Shown here: piece after piece, positions 18,923-30,300 of the stretch
Numbering within the stretch: position 1 is the first letter of the stretch
How the letters are laid out: the number at the start of each line of letters is the position of its first letter
Virus record (IMG/VR): IMGVR_UViG_3300028887_000085
Span: 1-64,000 of that record
From: a virus
Lineage: Duplodnaviria; Caudoviricetes
Strand: one strand, 5' to 3'
DNA length: 64,000 nucleotides
Position numbers and translations under genes: made by a program
The notes under the pieces: generated by a model
The model's input: the letters and a program-made list of their open reading frames with translations, nothing else
What the model was told of the DNA's origin: nothing
The model's database searches: none

Positions 18923-19438
18923 TCAGACGGAGAGACCGTCGCGCTGGGCGATGACCTGATAGAAATAGTCCTGAGCGATCTTCTCGGCCAACTCGGTGTC
19001 CCACTTTTTCAGGATCACTTCCACCGCATAATAATAGGATTCCGGGAAACCGGAAAAGCCCCTTACCTTCCAGCCCCACACCTCCTGTGGATCACCCATA
19101 ACCTTATCTTTCGGGAGTATGTTCCACGGCTTCTCCGGGTGATCCATGACCCAGCGGTAGGCACCTTCCGACGGCTGCCTGCGGAACTCATAGCGGAAGA
19201 AATAATACTGCACAGGACGGGGAGGAAGTTCGGCACGGATTTCCCGGACGGGTTCTACCCGGTATTCACGGTGAAAGAAAAAGCCTTCGTCCACGTTCTC
19301 AGAGCCAAGACGGTCTTCTGCGTCCTTATGAAGCCTTTGATTGTGCAGTTCACAGTAGGTGTAGGCGTCCTCTGCATTGGTGAAGTAACCGTGGATATCG
19401 GTGTCGGAATAGTGGCCGGATTTTATGAGGTAGATCAT
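18923..19438 (-). CDS. Hypothetical protein
   Basis: RBS AAGGAG; MIYLIKSGHYSD... Confidence 0.6.
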   Translation of the reverse strand: MIYLIKSGHYSDTDIHGYFTNAEDAYTYCELHNQRLHKDAEDRLGSENVDEGFFFHREYRVEPVREIRAELPPRPVQYYFFRYEFRRQPSEGAYRWVMDHPEKPWNILPKDKVMGDPQEVWGWKVRGFSGFPESYYYAVEVILKKWDTELAEKIAQDYFYQVIAQRDGLSV

Positions 19439-19451
19439 GGTATCGCTCCTT

Positions 19452-20375
19452 TCAGACGGCGGCGGAGAGGCGGGAGAAAGCGTCGGCGGCGTGGTCGGTG
19501 GGGACGGTGGGACGCAGACGCTCGGCATAGCGAACGGTAACGCTGGGGCTCGCGTGGCCAAGAAGGTCCTTGATATCGTCGATGCACAGACCGGCGTCGA
19601 GGAGGTAGCTTGCATTGGCGTGGCGGAGGGCGTGGGTGCGGATTCCGGAGTCCTTTCCCAGCACCGTCTTCGTGAAGCGCTCCACCATCGTGCTCAGCTC
19701 GGTCCTTGAAAACTGCGCCCAAGAGGAGGCGTCCGTACCCTTGCCGAAAAGAAATGCGTCAGAGGGCAGCGCAGACGGCCTCAGAGGGTCGAGCATCCAG
19801 GCGGCGACGGCTTCCTGCGCGGCGGGGGGATAGGGCGCGGTGCGGGATTTGCCGCCCTTGCCGCAGCGGACGATGAGGCGGTTCTCCTCCGGGATCAGGT
19901 CGGAGACGCGGAGGTCACGGAGCTCGGAATTGCGGAGGCCGGAAGTGAGAAGCACGGTGACGATGGCGTGGTTGCGATTGAAGAGCTTCCTGGTGCATCC
20001 CTTGGGGCAGACGGGGGAGAGGAGCGCGGCCATCTCTTCGCGGGTGAGGAGGTGGGCGTAGGGCGCGGGGGGCGGCACCTTCGTCTTCACGGCGGAGGCG
20101 GTGCAGGGATTCTCGGAACAGTATTTGCGCTCGGTGGCCCAGGCGAAGAACTGGGACAGGGGCTGGAGGTAGGCGCGGACGGAGGACTGCTTGAGACCGC
20201 GCAGGTGGAGCAGGGATTTATACTCGTCGATCTGTGCCACGGTGATCTCTTCGGGAAGCTGCACGGCCTCGGCGAAGTAGCGGAGGGAGCGCTCGTTGTT
20301 GGAGACGGAATCGGCGGTCATGCCGGAGGCTCGACAGTAGTTCAGGTAGGCGGCGGTCGTGGTGTTGTAGTTCAT
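19452..20375 (-). CDS. Tyrosine recombinase (XerC/D-like), second recombinase
   Basis: GLRNSEL, GKGGKSR, HALRH, LLGH..., Y catalytic motifs. Confidence 0.9.
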   Translation of the reverse strand: MNYNTTTAAYLNYCRASGMTADSVSNNERSLRYFAEAVQLPEEITVAQIDEYKSLLHLRGLKQSSVRAYLQPLSQFFAWATERKYCSENPCTASAVKTKVPPPAPYAHLLTREEMAALLSPVCPKGCTRKLFNRNHAIVTVLLTSGLRNSELRDLRVSDLIPEENRLIVRCGKGGKSRTAPYPPAAQEAVAAWMLDPLRPSALPSDAFLFGKGTDASSWAQFSRTELSTMVERFTKTVLGKDSGIRTHALRHANASYLLDAGLCIDDIKDLLGHASPSVTVRYAERLRPTVPTDHAADAFSRLSAAV

Positions 20376-20511
20376 TGTGTTTCTCCTTTCGTCGTCCTTA
20401 TTCGGCGGAATGTGTCGCGGCTCCCCCCCGGTCGCCGCTCAAAGATTCCGACGAAACGTCCTCTCCAAACCGAAGCTGCCGCTTCGGTTTGGGAACGGGG
20501 GTGTCTTTATC

Positions 20512-20537
20512 GTCTCGCAAAAGGACGGATTGTAACC
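20512..20537 (-). promoter_or_regulatory. Putative phage-sigma promoter 1
   Basis: GGTTACA-N14-GAGAC, upstream of the recombinase. Confidence 0.7.
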
Positions 20538-20552
20538 GGCGGTTTGAAAAAA

Positions 20553-21020
20553 TCAATAGCCGTTTTGCTCCACACCGTAGACGGCCTGTTCGTGGGTGAA
20601 GCCCTCGTACTCCAACTGCTCGATCAGGCCGGAGCGGGAGAAGCCCATATCCAGATCCAGATATCGCTCGGCAGATATGACGGCCTGCTCTTTCCAGTCG
20701 GCACCGCAATTCTTGACGGCGTATTCCGCTTCGGATTTGGTATATCCCTCATATTCAAGCTGGTCTATGAGTCCGGAACGGGAGAAGCCAATGTTCGCCT
20801 TTAGGTAGGATTTCGCGCTTTTGAGCGCGTTCTGCTCGCCCATGGTGGCGGATGACGTGGGGGAGGGCTTCACCGTGGGGCGGGGCGTTGACGGGGAAGA
20901 AGTGGATTTGGGGGCGGCGGTGTAGGAAGAATAGCTTCTTCCGGAGGAAGACACGCCGCAGGCAGAGGACAAAAGGACGAGCAACAGAGCGCAGAGAGCG
21001 ACGGAAACAAACTTTTTCAT
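20553..21020 (-). CDS. ltp: Ltp-family lipoprotein (superinfection exclusion)
   Basis: Lipobox LSSAC; two repeats of FSRSGLI.QLEYEG. Confidence 0.85.
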   Translation of the reverse strand: MKKFVSVALCALLLVLLSSACGVSSSGRSYSSYTAAPKSTSSPSTPRPTVKPSPTSSATMGEQNALKSAKSYLKANIGFSRSGLIDQLEYEGYTKSEAEYAVKNCGADWKEQAVISAERYLDLDMGFSRSGLIEQLEYEGFTHEQAVYGVEQNGY

Positions 21021-21142
21021 TGGTGATTCTCCTTTCGTTTTTTCATTTTCGACAGGGATTATTCCAAGTACAGGTTGGAATGTTTGGGGGCGATGGAGGA
21101 AGTACCGAGGGTGGCGGTGGACGGAACCTTGCTGCCCGCAGA

Positions 21143-21204
21143 CTCCCTCAGTCGCCTCCGGCGACAGCTCCCTCCCGGAGGGAGCCAAAGACGGGGGACG
21201 GGGG
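21143..21204. repeat. REP-like palindromic element
   Basis: CCCTCAGTCGCCTCCGGCGACAGCTCCCTCCCGGAGGGAGCC followed by GGGACGGGGG. Confidence 0.6.
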
Positions 21205-21570
21205 TCAGGCGTTGGGAGTGGGCCAGTCCAGGGGCTTCCAGCAGACGATGCCCATACGGTCTTCCGTGATGGTATTGAGATAGCGCCACTCCAGGATGCC
21301 CTTCGGGCCAGACTCATAGACATAGAAGCCCTCTCTATCGAAGTTGACGGGGACAAGGCACTCGTCGAGGGTCATTCCTACGCGGGGAGGGGCTTCCTGC
21401 TCGGACTGATCGCCGGGATAGAAGTAGGTGCAGAGAGTGTAGGCCCGGTCCAGGGGGTCGGCGAAGAGGTCTTCCGGCGCGGGGAAATCCCCGGCGTAGG
21501 ACAGGACGAGGACTTCCTCCCCGCTTTCGGGCTTTGTCGATTCCATAACGCTGATCCAGCCGTTGTTCAT
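21205..21570 (-). CDS. DUF551-like hypothetical protein
   Basis: WISV...P...EVLV...WKPL. Confidence 0.5.
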   Translation of the reverse strand: MNNGWISVMESTKPESGEEVLVLSYAGDFPAPEDLFADPLDRAYTLCTYFYPGDQSEQEAPPRVGMTLDECLVPVNFDREGFYVYESGPKGILEWRYLNTITEDRMGIVCWKPLDWPTPNA

Positions 21571-21624
21571 TTCATATATCCTTTCTTGTATGTAATTTGA
21601 GATTTTCGTTTTGGTATGATGATA

Positions 21625-21667
21625 GCAAATCCGGCGGGCATTGAGAAGTACCCGCCGGATTTTTTGT
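21625..21667. terminator. Intrinsic terminator-like hairpin
   Basis: AAATCCGGCGGG...CCCGCCGGATTT followed by a T-tract on the + strand. Confidence 0.5.
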
Positions 21668-21684
21668 TGCGCGAAAATTGGGGG

Positions 21685-21972
21685 TCAGTCGCAGTAGGGG
21701 AGGACGCGGGTGAAATGGTAGCCTCCTTGAATCTTGCGCAGGGAATAGTAACCGGCGAAATAATAGGCGGGGTCCCCCCATTTGTCGCCGCCGGGTTCCG
21801 TTCCCTTCCGGAAGTCATGTTCGTTGGGGATGCTCTTGCCGCAGAGATGCGCAAGGCACCACTCCACGGCCTCCGCTTCGCCTGCGTCGGTGAGCACGAC
21901 CCATTCGTTGTAGGTGTCGCCGTAGCGCCGGTACTGCCCGGCGTGGGTCTGAGTTGCGGTAAAGGTGGGCAT
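21685..21972 (-). CDS. Hypothetical protein
   Basis: 95 aa ORF in the co-directional cluster. Confidence 0.6.
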   Translation of the reverse strand: MPTFTATQTHAGQYRRYGDTYNEWVVLTDAGEAEAVEWCLAHLCGKSIPNEHDFRKGTEPGGDKWGDPAYYFAGYYSLRKIQGGYHFTRVLPYCD

Positions 21973-22383
21973 TTACAATTCCTCCTCGTCGTCATATGAA
22001 AGATTTATGCCGTCTTCATTGTAGAGGGTGTCCAGCATTTCCTGAAGCGTGATGCGCTTGTCGCGGATATCCATCAGGTATTCCATAGAGGCATCGTACA
22101 AGCGTTTTTTGTCCTCCGCCTCGAAGCCGAAACGGTCATGGAGGACGCGAAGAACGACCGCCCAGGTGGTCTTGTGGGTGTCGAAGGTGGCGCGGCGGGC
22201 GGTGATCTCCACGGCCTTGCGGAGCTGGAGTTCGAGGTCTACCAGTTCCTTGAGGGTCAGCTTCGCTTTCAGAGCGTTGCGGAGGTTTTCCGTGAGGCCG
22301 TCGGTGTAAACCGGATCGTAGGTCAGGGACTTCGGCTTGTGAGGCTTGCCGGAGCCGTGCTTGGCTTTTTTCGATTTCGGCAT
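21973..22383 (-). CDS. Hypothetical protein
   Basis: 136 aa; VLHDRFGF motif. Confidence 0.6.
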   Translation of the reverse strand: MPKSKKAKHGSGKPHKPKSLTYDPVYTDGLTENLRNALKAKLTLKELVDLELQLRKAVEITARRATFDTHKTTWAVVLRVLHDRFGFEAEDKKRLYDASMEYLMDIRDKRITLQEMLDTLYNEDGINLSYDDEEEL

Positions 22384-22386
22384 GGG

Positions 22387-22995
22387 TCAATCCCCCTCCA
22401 CATAGCACCAGCTTTGGGGCGGGCGGTTGAGATAATTCCCACAACGCTTTGTCTGACCGGAGCGGAAACAGTGGTACGGATAAGTACAGCCGGACCTTGA
22501 CAAATAAGGGCAGGCGTCATTTGCCTTGAAGTCGCTGAGTTCCTTCGGCTCGTCGTAGATTTTGAGGTCTGCGATACGCCAGCCGTAGCCCTGCTTTCCG
22601 CGACCAATGTAACCGGCCATGTCTTCGTATGACATGCATGATTCATTCAGTGACCAGAAGTTCCAGTTCTGGATGCTTCCGTTATCGAAAACGATGAACG
22701 GGAGGATTGCGTCGCAGGTGAACTCTCCGCAAACCGTTCCGTTCAGCAGCCTGGCCCACGTCGCATCCTCCACCGGGTATCTCCTGGTTCCGGTCCCGCA
22801 GGTCATTATTACGGGGCTGTCTTCCAGGTTTTGCAGCGCAACAAGCACCGGGTTCTGCGCCTTTGTGCAGTAGATGTAGCACTTGAAGGGCGGGGCCAGC
22901 TTCGGGCGGGTCTTGCGGACTTCGATGGTTTTTTCTCCCCGCGCAATCTTCTCGATCCACTGGGGGCGAATGGAGATCAGGACGGATTTTGTCAT
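22387..22995 (-). CDS. ASCH/PUA-like domain protein
   Basis: VLISIRPQWIEKIARGEKTIEVRKTRP...RPPQSWCYV. Confidence 0.75.
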   Translation of the reverse strand: MTKSVLISIRPQWIEKIARGEKTIEVRKTRPKLAPPFKCYIYCTKAQNPVLVALQNLEDSPVIMTCGTGTRRYPVEDATWARLLNGTVCGEFTCDAILPFIVFDNGSIQNWNFWSLNESCMSYEDMAGYIGRGKQGYGWRIADLKIYDEPKELSDFKANDACPYLSRSGCTYPYHCFRSGQTKRCGNYLNRPPQSWCYVEGD

Positions 22996-25605
22996 GCGCC
23001 CACGTCCTTCCATCTGCAGCCGTCGCAGGCTCCCTTGTGGGCAAACTTGTAGTCTCCGCATTTTAGGCACAGTTCGTTCCGGCAGTCCTTGAGGTCACGG
23101 CGGCAATCGAAGAGTTCAACGCATAGCTGGCGGACGGCGGAGAGTGTACCGGGGAACTGCCGTTCAATTTCCAAAGCGTGATCTCCGGAGACGGCGGAAC
23201 AACGCTCCGCCACTTCTCTATCAAAGCGTTCAAAGCCAAGGGTTTGCATACTTATTCATCCTTCCGTTTTTTCAGGGCCGCCTCCGCTTCTTCGTAAGAC
23301 AGAAACAGATAGCGCGGGGATATGCCGATGTGTTCATAGGAGAACTTTTCTTCCCGTATCACGTTTTCAATCACGGGGTCCGGATAGCCACGGGAAACAA
23401 CGGCGGTGATGATATAGACGGTGGTACCAATGGGGCAGGGAAGTCTTAGCAGGAGGCCCTGTTCTTCAGCGTCCTCGTAGGCGGCGAGGCGGTCGATGTA
23501 GTTGGCGTGGTGGTTGACTACGGCGGCGTGTTCCCCGCGCCATTCAGTCAGTCGTTCCATGTTTTTCCTCCTCCGAAAAGATATGCAGGGTGGGTTCGGG
23601 TCTGCGCCACTCCTGCGGGGGCGCGTAGCCCATCAGCTTCTTGAAGTATTCGGCTGCCATGTACTGCGGGTACATCCCGCAAAGGGTGTTGTAAAGCTGT
23701 TCCGGGTCTCGCTTCTTCGACTGGCGGCCGGGGCGAAGAGACGGTTTATTCTTCGGCATCGGACACCTCCGTGTTGAGAAAGTCAAGCCAGCACTGGCGG
23801 CAATCCGAACACCTGTCGGGACGATATTCCTCAAACTTGTCCGGGCAGATGAACTTTTGGCTGAAATACTTTGCCAGTTCTTCCGGGGATTGGTTTTTGA
23901 ACCTCTCGTAAAGGGTCATGGTGAATCCTCCTCTGCCGGGATGATAGTGGGAGCGTAATCAAGAATTAGCCTTATTCCTCCAGTCGTATAGTCTTCCGGT
24001 GAAAGCTGTGCTATTTCGTTTTCTATCTTGTCCAGATCGACAAGCCTACCGTGAGGAACGGGGACTTCAACGGCTTCATAGCTACGCTTCCCTATCCCGT
24101 GACCGCAGAAGACAGAGCCATCGGAATAGATTGTCAAATGCAGTGGGTAGAGGTGTTCCGTTGGAAGATGAAGTTCCTTAATCAGTATGCTCATTGTTTA
24201 CCTCCTTGCTTCTTCCACGATGTCTTCCAGCAGCGCCAGCCGGGTCACAGGATCGAGCCAGCCCGCCTCGTCGCTGGTGCGCAGGTGGGCATTTCCGTCA
24301 ACGTCCCGCACGGTCTGCCGTTTCAGCAGCTTCGTGGCGTCCAGCACTCGGAATCTTTCCTCCTGCGCCCTGAGAAGCCGCTCGATGATGTCGGCGGATT
24401 CATTCAGCAGGGAGCGGGTGAACTGATTCCTCCGACGATCTACGGCGTAAAATTCGCGCAGGTCTTTGGCGAACTGTGCGGCGCAGGAAGTGAGTTCGTT
24501 GAAGTCGATGTTGTCAGGCATTGTCAGACCTCCCGCATATCTGCACCGCAGTTGGGGCAGAAGTTGTGATGTGCCTTATGCTCACTAACAAACCCGCACA
24601 AAGAGCAAGCCCACCAATTTTTCCCCGTTTTGGTTTTATGGGGTATCCACTCCCCGGTCTTGCGCTCCACCACATCGGCGGCGGGAACACTATCAATCAT
24701 GGCGGAAAATGTGCGGTTTATCGCCGGGGCATATTTCGGCTGAAACGCCTTATGAACATCTGACCTTTTCACATAGTCATCATTCATCGTCCTTCCCTCC
24801 CTTCAGCGCGGCTTCGGCTTCTTCACGGGTCGGGAACACATAGACGCCCCAGTCCTTCGCGCTGTAACACTCACTATAGCCTTGATATGAAGGGTCAACT
24901 TCGATAGTGTTTTCAATTCTGCCAATCTTGAAACCTATTACGGAGGAAGGATATACAGAGAGGAAATTAGCGCCTAAGCCGCATCGCAGGACATAAACCG
25001 TATCTCCAACCTTGCACGGCAGAATCACCAACCGTCCCTGTTCCTCTGCGTCCTCATAGGCTGCGAGCTTTTCCACCATATTAAACGTTGAAATCTCAAA
25101 CGGCTTCGCGCTACACGCTATCCCGTCAGCATTGCGTTTTGTCAGTCTCATTCGTCCTGCCCCCCGTCCATCTGTGTATTCTCGACTACGCGAACCCAGC
25201 CGTCCATATCAACCATTAATGGCATGACCCGAAATTTCCCCGTATGCATGTCCTGACGGCAGATTACGACATGACCATCGGGCTTCACGGCGATATAGTC
25301 TTTGGTCGTGGTGACGTACCACTTTTCGTCCTTGTTCATTCGTCCTGCCCTCCGATCTTATCTGCCGGGATGACCGTCGGCGCGTCCTCGATGTCAGACA
25401 ACCACACGCACCAATGGGGGTCATCGCACTTGTCCTCCAGTGCGTCAAGGTCTCCGAGCCGCCCGTGGTCGGGGACGGGAGTTACCAATCCTAAATCCAC
25501 GTATGGATTAGCCATGTCCTCGTAGTAGGCATGACCGTCAGACAAAACCGAGATTCTGTGGCCGAGTTGCGGAATCTGAGCGTTTGGAATATAGATGCCG
25601 CTCAT
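22992..25605 (-). other. Run of about 9-10 small coupled hypothetical phage ORFs
   Basis: Overlapping starts and stops: 22992-23249, 23252-23560, 23544-23759, 23916-24194, 24198-24521, 24524-24787, 24780-25151, 25148-25339, 25336-25605. Confidence 0.6.
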
Positions 25606-26210
25606 ACGGATACCTCCGGATACTTGAGCTTCTGCCCGCAGCAAAGACAGCAGTCGGGCATATCCCCGTAAGAATTGCAGACGATCTCCCCGCCGCAGAT
25701 TGGACAGGTCAGGCTGCCGTCGGTGTGCTCGACCACCATGCGGGTCAGATCCTTTTTCGGTTTTTCTTCCTCCTCCTTGTCGCCAAAGGCTGCAGCGGCG
25801 GCCTTGGCGAAGTTCTCTGCGGCCTGCTCCGCCGTCACGAAGCCGTAGTCGCTGGCGTCCGACGGTTTTTCTTTCGCCGCCTCTGCCGTCAGCCGGTCCA
25901 GCTCCATGACGGACATGACGGCGTAGTTCGCCAGGTCGATCAGGGTGTCCCGCAGGGATTCGTCCTTGACTTTGGAATCCCCGGCGCGGGAGAGCATCTT
26001 GAAGCGGTTCAGCTTATCCGACAGGCGGATGCGGGGCATCGCCCAGCCCTCTTCCAGGAAGGTCAGGTGGAAGCTGTCCCCGTAGTCATCGTTCTTCCGG
26101 GCGTAGAGGTTGGTCATGTACTCGCAGATCAGTTCGTGGTGAACGGTGTTATTTTTTAGGTTCATGCTGCTGAAATTGTCTTCGACATTCGCTTCGTAGA
26201 AAGTAGCCAT
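25602..26210 (-). CDS. DUF1599-like (nucleotide-modification-associated) protein with Zn ribbon
   Basis: YARKNDDYGDSF...RLSDKLNR...DTLIDLANYAVM; CPICG. Confidence 0.7.
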   Translation of the reverse strand: MATFYEANVEDNFSSMNLKNNTVHHELICEYMTNLYARKNDDYGDSFHLTFLEEGWAMPRIRLSDKLNRFKMLSRAGDSKVKDESLRDTLIDLANYAVMSVMELDRLTAEAAKEKPSDASDYGFVTAEQAAENFAKAAAAAFGDKEEEEKPKKDLTRMVVEHTDGSLTCPICGGEIVCNSYGDMPDCCLCCGQKLKYPEVSV

Positions 26211-26373
26211 TTCGTTTTTCTCCTTTCGATATGTGTTCCTTTGGGACGATAATAGGGCGGGGCGGAGGTCTTTTGCGTGGCGCATTTCAAGAGTATGCCG
26301 CCCGCTTGCTCCCCCACCGGCTTCGCCGGAGCCCCCTCCCGGAGGGGGCGCGACCGCTGCGGCGGGACGGGGG

Positions 26374-26658
26374 TCAGGCGGTGGCGCGTGAGCGGCAGAG
26401 AACGGAAAGCTCCAGCTCGTTCAGAGCCAGCTCCAGCAAATCAAAGGCTTCGTAATGGCGGACAACTTCACCGCCGAAAAGAAGGTCGGCCTCCACGGAC
26501 CAATACATCCCGTGCCAGACGCGGCTCACGTCGATGGTGATTTCCTTGTCGGCTCTGACATAGTGCTTCAGCTCTTCCAGCAGGATCGGGACGCGCTCTT
26601 TTGCCAGCCGTTCCAGCTCGAAGGATTCCGTTTGATCTTCACAGAAAAGATAGCTCAT
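26374..26658 (-). CDS. Hypothetical protein
   Basis: RBS AAAGGAGG; 94 aa. Confidence 0.55.
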   Translation of the reverse strand: MSYLFCEDQTESFELERLAKERVPILLEELKHYVRADKEITIDVSRVWHGMYWSVEADLLFGGEVVRHYEAFDLLELALNELELSVLCRSRATA

Positions 26659-26675
26659 GGACGCCTCCTTTTCTT

Positions 26676-27233
26676 TCAGGCGGTGGCGCGGGCCTTCGCG
26701 GCGCGGGGCTTCGTGCCGATGCGGTCCATGAGATCGGCGCAGAGAGTCTTGTAGACTTCCAGAGACGCCTCGGCGCGGGCAAGCTCCAGACGCAGGTCGG
26801 TATCGTCGGGATCGGCAAGGACGAGGGGCGTCGGATTTTTGCGGAGCGCCTGAAGCCCGGCGGCAACGGCGTCCACGGAGTCGGCCTGTTCAAAGGCCGG
26901 GAGACCGAGGGAAATGCGCAGGGCTTCGTCGATCAGCGCCATCTCCTTTGCGTTGCACACCGATCCGCCGTCGCCGAGGCGGCTCTTGTCCACGGAGGAA
27001 ATCTGCTCGCACAGGACGGTGGACTGCTTGCCGGTGGCGTGGACGACGACATGGGTGGGAAGATCGGACTTCGGGCGCGTGGTCATGTAGCAGACCTCCA
27101 CGGTGGAAGAGAAGCGGTTGTTCTGGTCGTTGGATACGATCACGGCGGGACGGCCAGACCACATTTCGCTTCCGGTCTCGGAATAGCTGGGGGCGACATA
27201 GTAGATTTCTCCGCGCTTGAATTCGGGCATCAT
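26676..27233 (-). CDS. PemK/MazF-family protein with C-terminal extension
   Basis: KRGEIYYV...GSE...RPAVIVSND..N...LCEQISSVDKSRL. Confidence 0.85.
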   Translation of the reverse strand: MMPEFKRGEIYYVAPSYSETGSEMWSGRPAVIVSNDQNNRFSSTVEVCYMTTRPKSDLPTHVVVHATGKQSTVLCEQISSVDKSRLGDGGSVCNAKEMALIDEALRISLGLPAFEQADSVDAVAAGLQALRKNPTPLVLADPDDTDLRLELARAEASLEVYKTLCADLMDRIGTKPRAAKARATA

Positions 27234-27298
27234 TATTTTCTCCTTCCGAAATGAATCAGCCGCGCCCGATTTGGGCGCGGCTGTGATGTGTTGTTATT

Positions 27299-27326
27299 AT
27301 TATAGCATAGCTGGGCGGTCCCGCAA
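27299..27326 (-). promoter_or_regulatory. SigA-type promoter of the PemK/MazF gene
   Basis: TTGCGG-16-TATAAT with TG extension. Confidence 0.55.
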
Positions 27327-27385
27327 GAATCGTCCTTATCCGCCGGAATAGGGCGGGACACTTTCCCCCAAGGGGGAGGCGGAGG

Positions 27386-30300
27386 TCAGTCTTCGTCGAT
27401 GCGCTGCTCGATCAGGCGGTCTTCGTAGTCGAGCTGATCCCGGACGCTGGCGGCGGCACCCTCCGGCGTGTCGGGATAGGTGTCCCACGCGCCGCACTTG
27501 GGGCAGGCGATCTCGCTGAGCCAGCCCTGGATATCCCGCTCCGGCTTATCCGATGTGAATTTGTGGCCGCAGCAGCCGCAGAAATATTTGTAGCTCATTG
27601 TCATGCCTCCTCCTGGTTTGCCAGCTCGTCCGCCAGGTCTTCGAGCCAACGGTTAACATCCTCGGCGGTCATGTTGTCCCGGTCTTCGATCCCTCTCAGG
27701 GAATAGCTGCCGTCCTCATGCTCCACGATCTGGAGCGGGTCGCACTCGGAATACATCTGTGCGGCCTTGTCTGACAGCACAAGATTGGTCTTGGTGTTAC
27801 CATAAATATGCATTTTCATTCCTCCTTTTCCGCAAGGACGGTCATGTTCCAATTGATCCCGCCGTCGGTGTCCACGGAGCACTCCGCCCACTCCTGACCG
27901 CGAGTGTCGGCGTCGTATTGATTCAGGCGGCAGCGCCAGCCATATTGATCGCACAGACGGTCAATGGCATCCTCGGCGTTTTCTCCCCGCCGAATTACGG
28001 TTTTGCCATTGTAGGTGATCTTGTAACGGTTCATTTATGTATCCTCCTTTACATTCGGATGGGAGAGGAGGCGAACTTGCCGTAATCCAGCACAAGGCGG
28101 ACGGCCCTCTCTTCTTCCGGCTCCATCAGCACAGCCCCGGAGCGGAACCTCTCCCACACCAGACGGCTCAGGGCCAGACCGTCTCCCTTCAGGGGGTTTA
28201 TTACTCTCCCGACATCGAAGACGCTGCGCTCCACCAGATCATAGGGCTTGCCGTTTACCGTGATGTGGTGGATATACTCCACGGTCTTGCCGCCTTCGTC
28301 GGTGATCTCCTTTTTCTCCGTCGTCCATTCCACGCCCTTGAGAGCGCGTTCCCTGCGGGCTTCGTAGCGCTTCAGTTCTTCCACCCGGCGTTTTTCTTCC
28401 GCCGCCTCAGCGGCAGCTTCCGCCTCTGCGCGGCCTTTTTCCAGGCCGAGATAATACCCCTTCTCCTCGGCGCTGAGAATCCACGCCATGTTGTTCGTGG
28501 CCGGGAAGCAGCCGTCACTCTCCCGCCGGGGAAGATCGGCGCTGGTTATGTGCTTGAGCTCGGTGCTTTCTCCGACGCCGAAAAACATCTTGTCTCTGTA
28601 TTCGGCGGAGTAGCCGGATTTTTCTTCCTCCGAAAGGCGGCGACCGTCATGCAGAGAAACGGAAACCCAGCTCGGCTCCCATATCAGGCAGGTGTAGGTC
28701 TCGTGTTCCATTGTCATGCCTCCTTTTCTTTGAGATTATACGGTGCGGTGTCCGATAAAACGGACAGGGGGGCTGTCGTTCCCGTTCTTATATGTCTTCA
28801 ACAGGGGCGAAATGTAACCGGGGGACGGTTTTTTATTTTCCGACCAGGGTCAGGCCGTCGGGAAGGGGGTCGCGGGAAAGATCGCCCTGCCATGCGAAGT
28901 CGGAACCGAAGGCGCTTTGGACATGATAGAAGGTCGCGCCGGTGTCCACGCCGGATTCCCCGTCATAGGAAAAGCCGGTGACGATCCCCTTTGCGTCCAG
29001 CAGGGGGAGAAGCAGCCCGTCGCTGTTCGCCCACTCGATTTCGATGGGCGGGATCTCCCGCCAGCTCTTTCCGAGATAGCGCCGGAAAAAGCCGTCGCTG
29101 CGGTCGGTGAAGACGGCCACCAGCAGGCGGGGGTAGCGCATGGGGATTTTCTCTTTCGCTTTGTTCGCGTGGGTGAGCCGGGGATATTCCTCGGCAGATG
29201 CCACATAGAGATAGCGGGGTTTTTCTCCCAGGTCGATGTACTGCGGAGGGATTCCGGGGGAGAAGATCGGCATTGCCATGACGTAGCCGGGGGTGCGGTC
29301 CACCACTTCCTCCATGGGAAGGGCGCTGTTGTCGCAGATATACAGATCATAGTCCAGGACCGGCTGGCCCTGAGAATGAAGCTCGCGGATCAGGTTGAGA
29401 AGACTGCCCATATGTTCTCCTTTCGGGATTTTTATTTTTGAAATATCATATCATGACAGGGATGGAAAAGGAAGCGGCGGGGAAAATTTTCCGCCGCCGC
29501 TTTGTTCAGTCTTCCGACTTCGGGGCGGCGAGGATTTTGAAGGCCGCCTCCGCGACCTCCGTGTTCAGCATCTCCGGCTTGATCCAGGCGGAGAGGAAAT
29601 TCGTGTCGCCGTCCTTGATGTGTTCGTCGGCGATTTCTTCTAGCCAGTCGAGGAAGCATACCATATCTCCGAAGCATATTCCGCTTTCGCTGATGTTGCC
29701 AGCCTCGTCGGTGACGATCACGGAGCCGCAGGAAGACATAGAGACCAGCCAGCCGCCATTGTTGAATTGGAAATAATCCCAGGCGAGCTGCGCTTGCAGG
29801 GACATGTCTTCGGGTTTGGGAAGGGGAAAAGCGGTAAAGGTGATGTTCATGGTGTGTTCTCCTTTCAGCAGATTTCTTTGTAGCCGTACCAGTTACCGTC
29901 TTCAAGGAAGACGGACAGCGCGGGAAATCCATTCGACATGGCGGCTATGTATTCGGTTTCGATCACACGCAGGGTTTCTTTGGTGCGCTTTACGGTAACT
30001 TCGTCACCGCTGTGCAGCTTCTTCGCATCTCTAAGGCGCATAAAATCCTCCTTCAGCTTCATCCCAAGACACGACGTTTTTCAGGTGATCGTCCAGGTAA
30101 AGGTCGGTGTCTTCTACCTCGTCCGGAACAAAAATATAGAAAGCAGGGCCGATCTCCGGATAGATTTTGACTCTACGAAATTCTCTCATATTGTTCTCCT
30201 TTCAGTCGGTGATCTCGATGACGAAGTTCCAGGGGACGGCCATCCAGGTGCCGTCGGGAAGCTCGAAGTTGCACATGGTCTCCCCGCCGTTGTTCATTTC

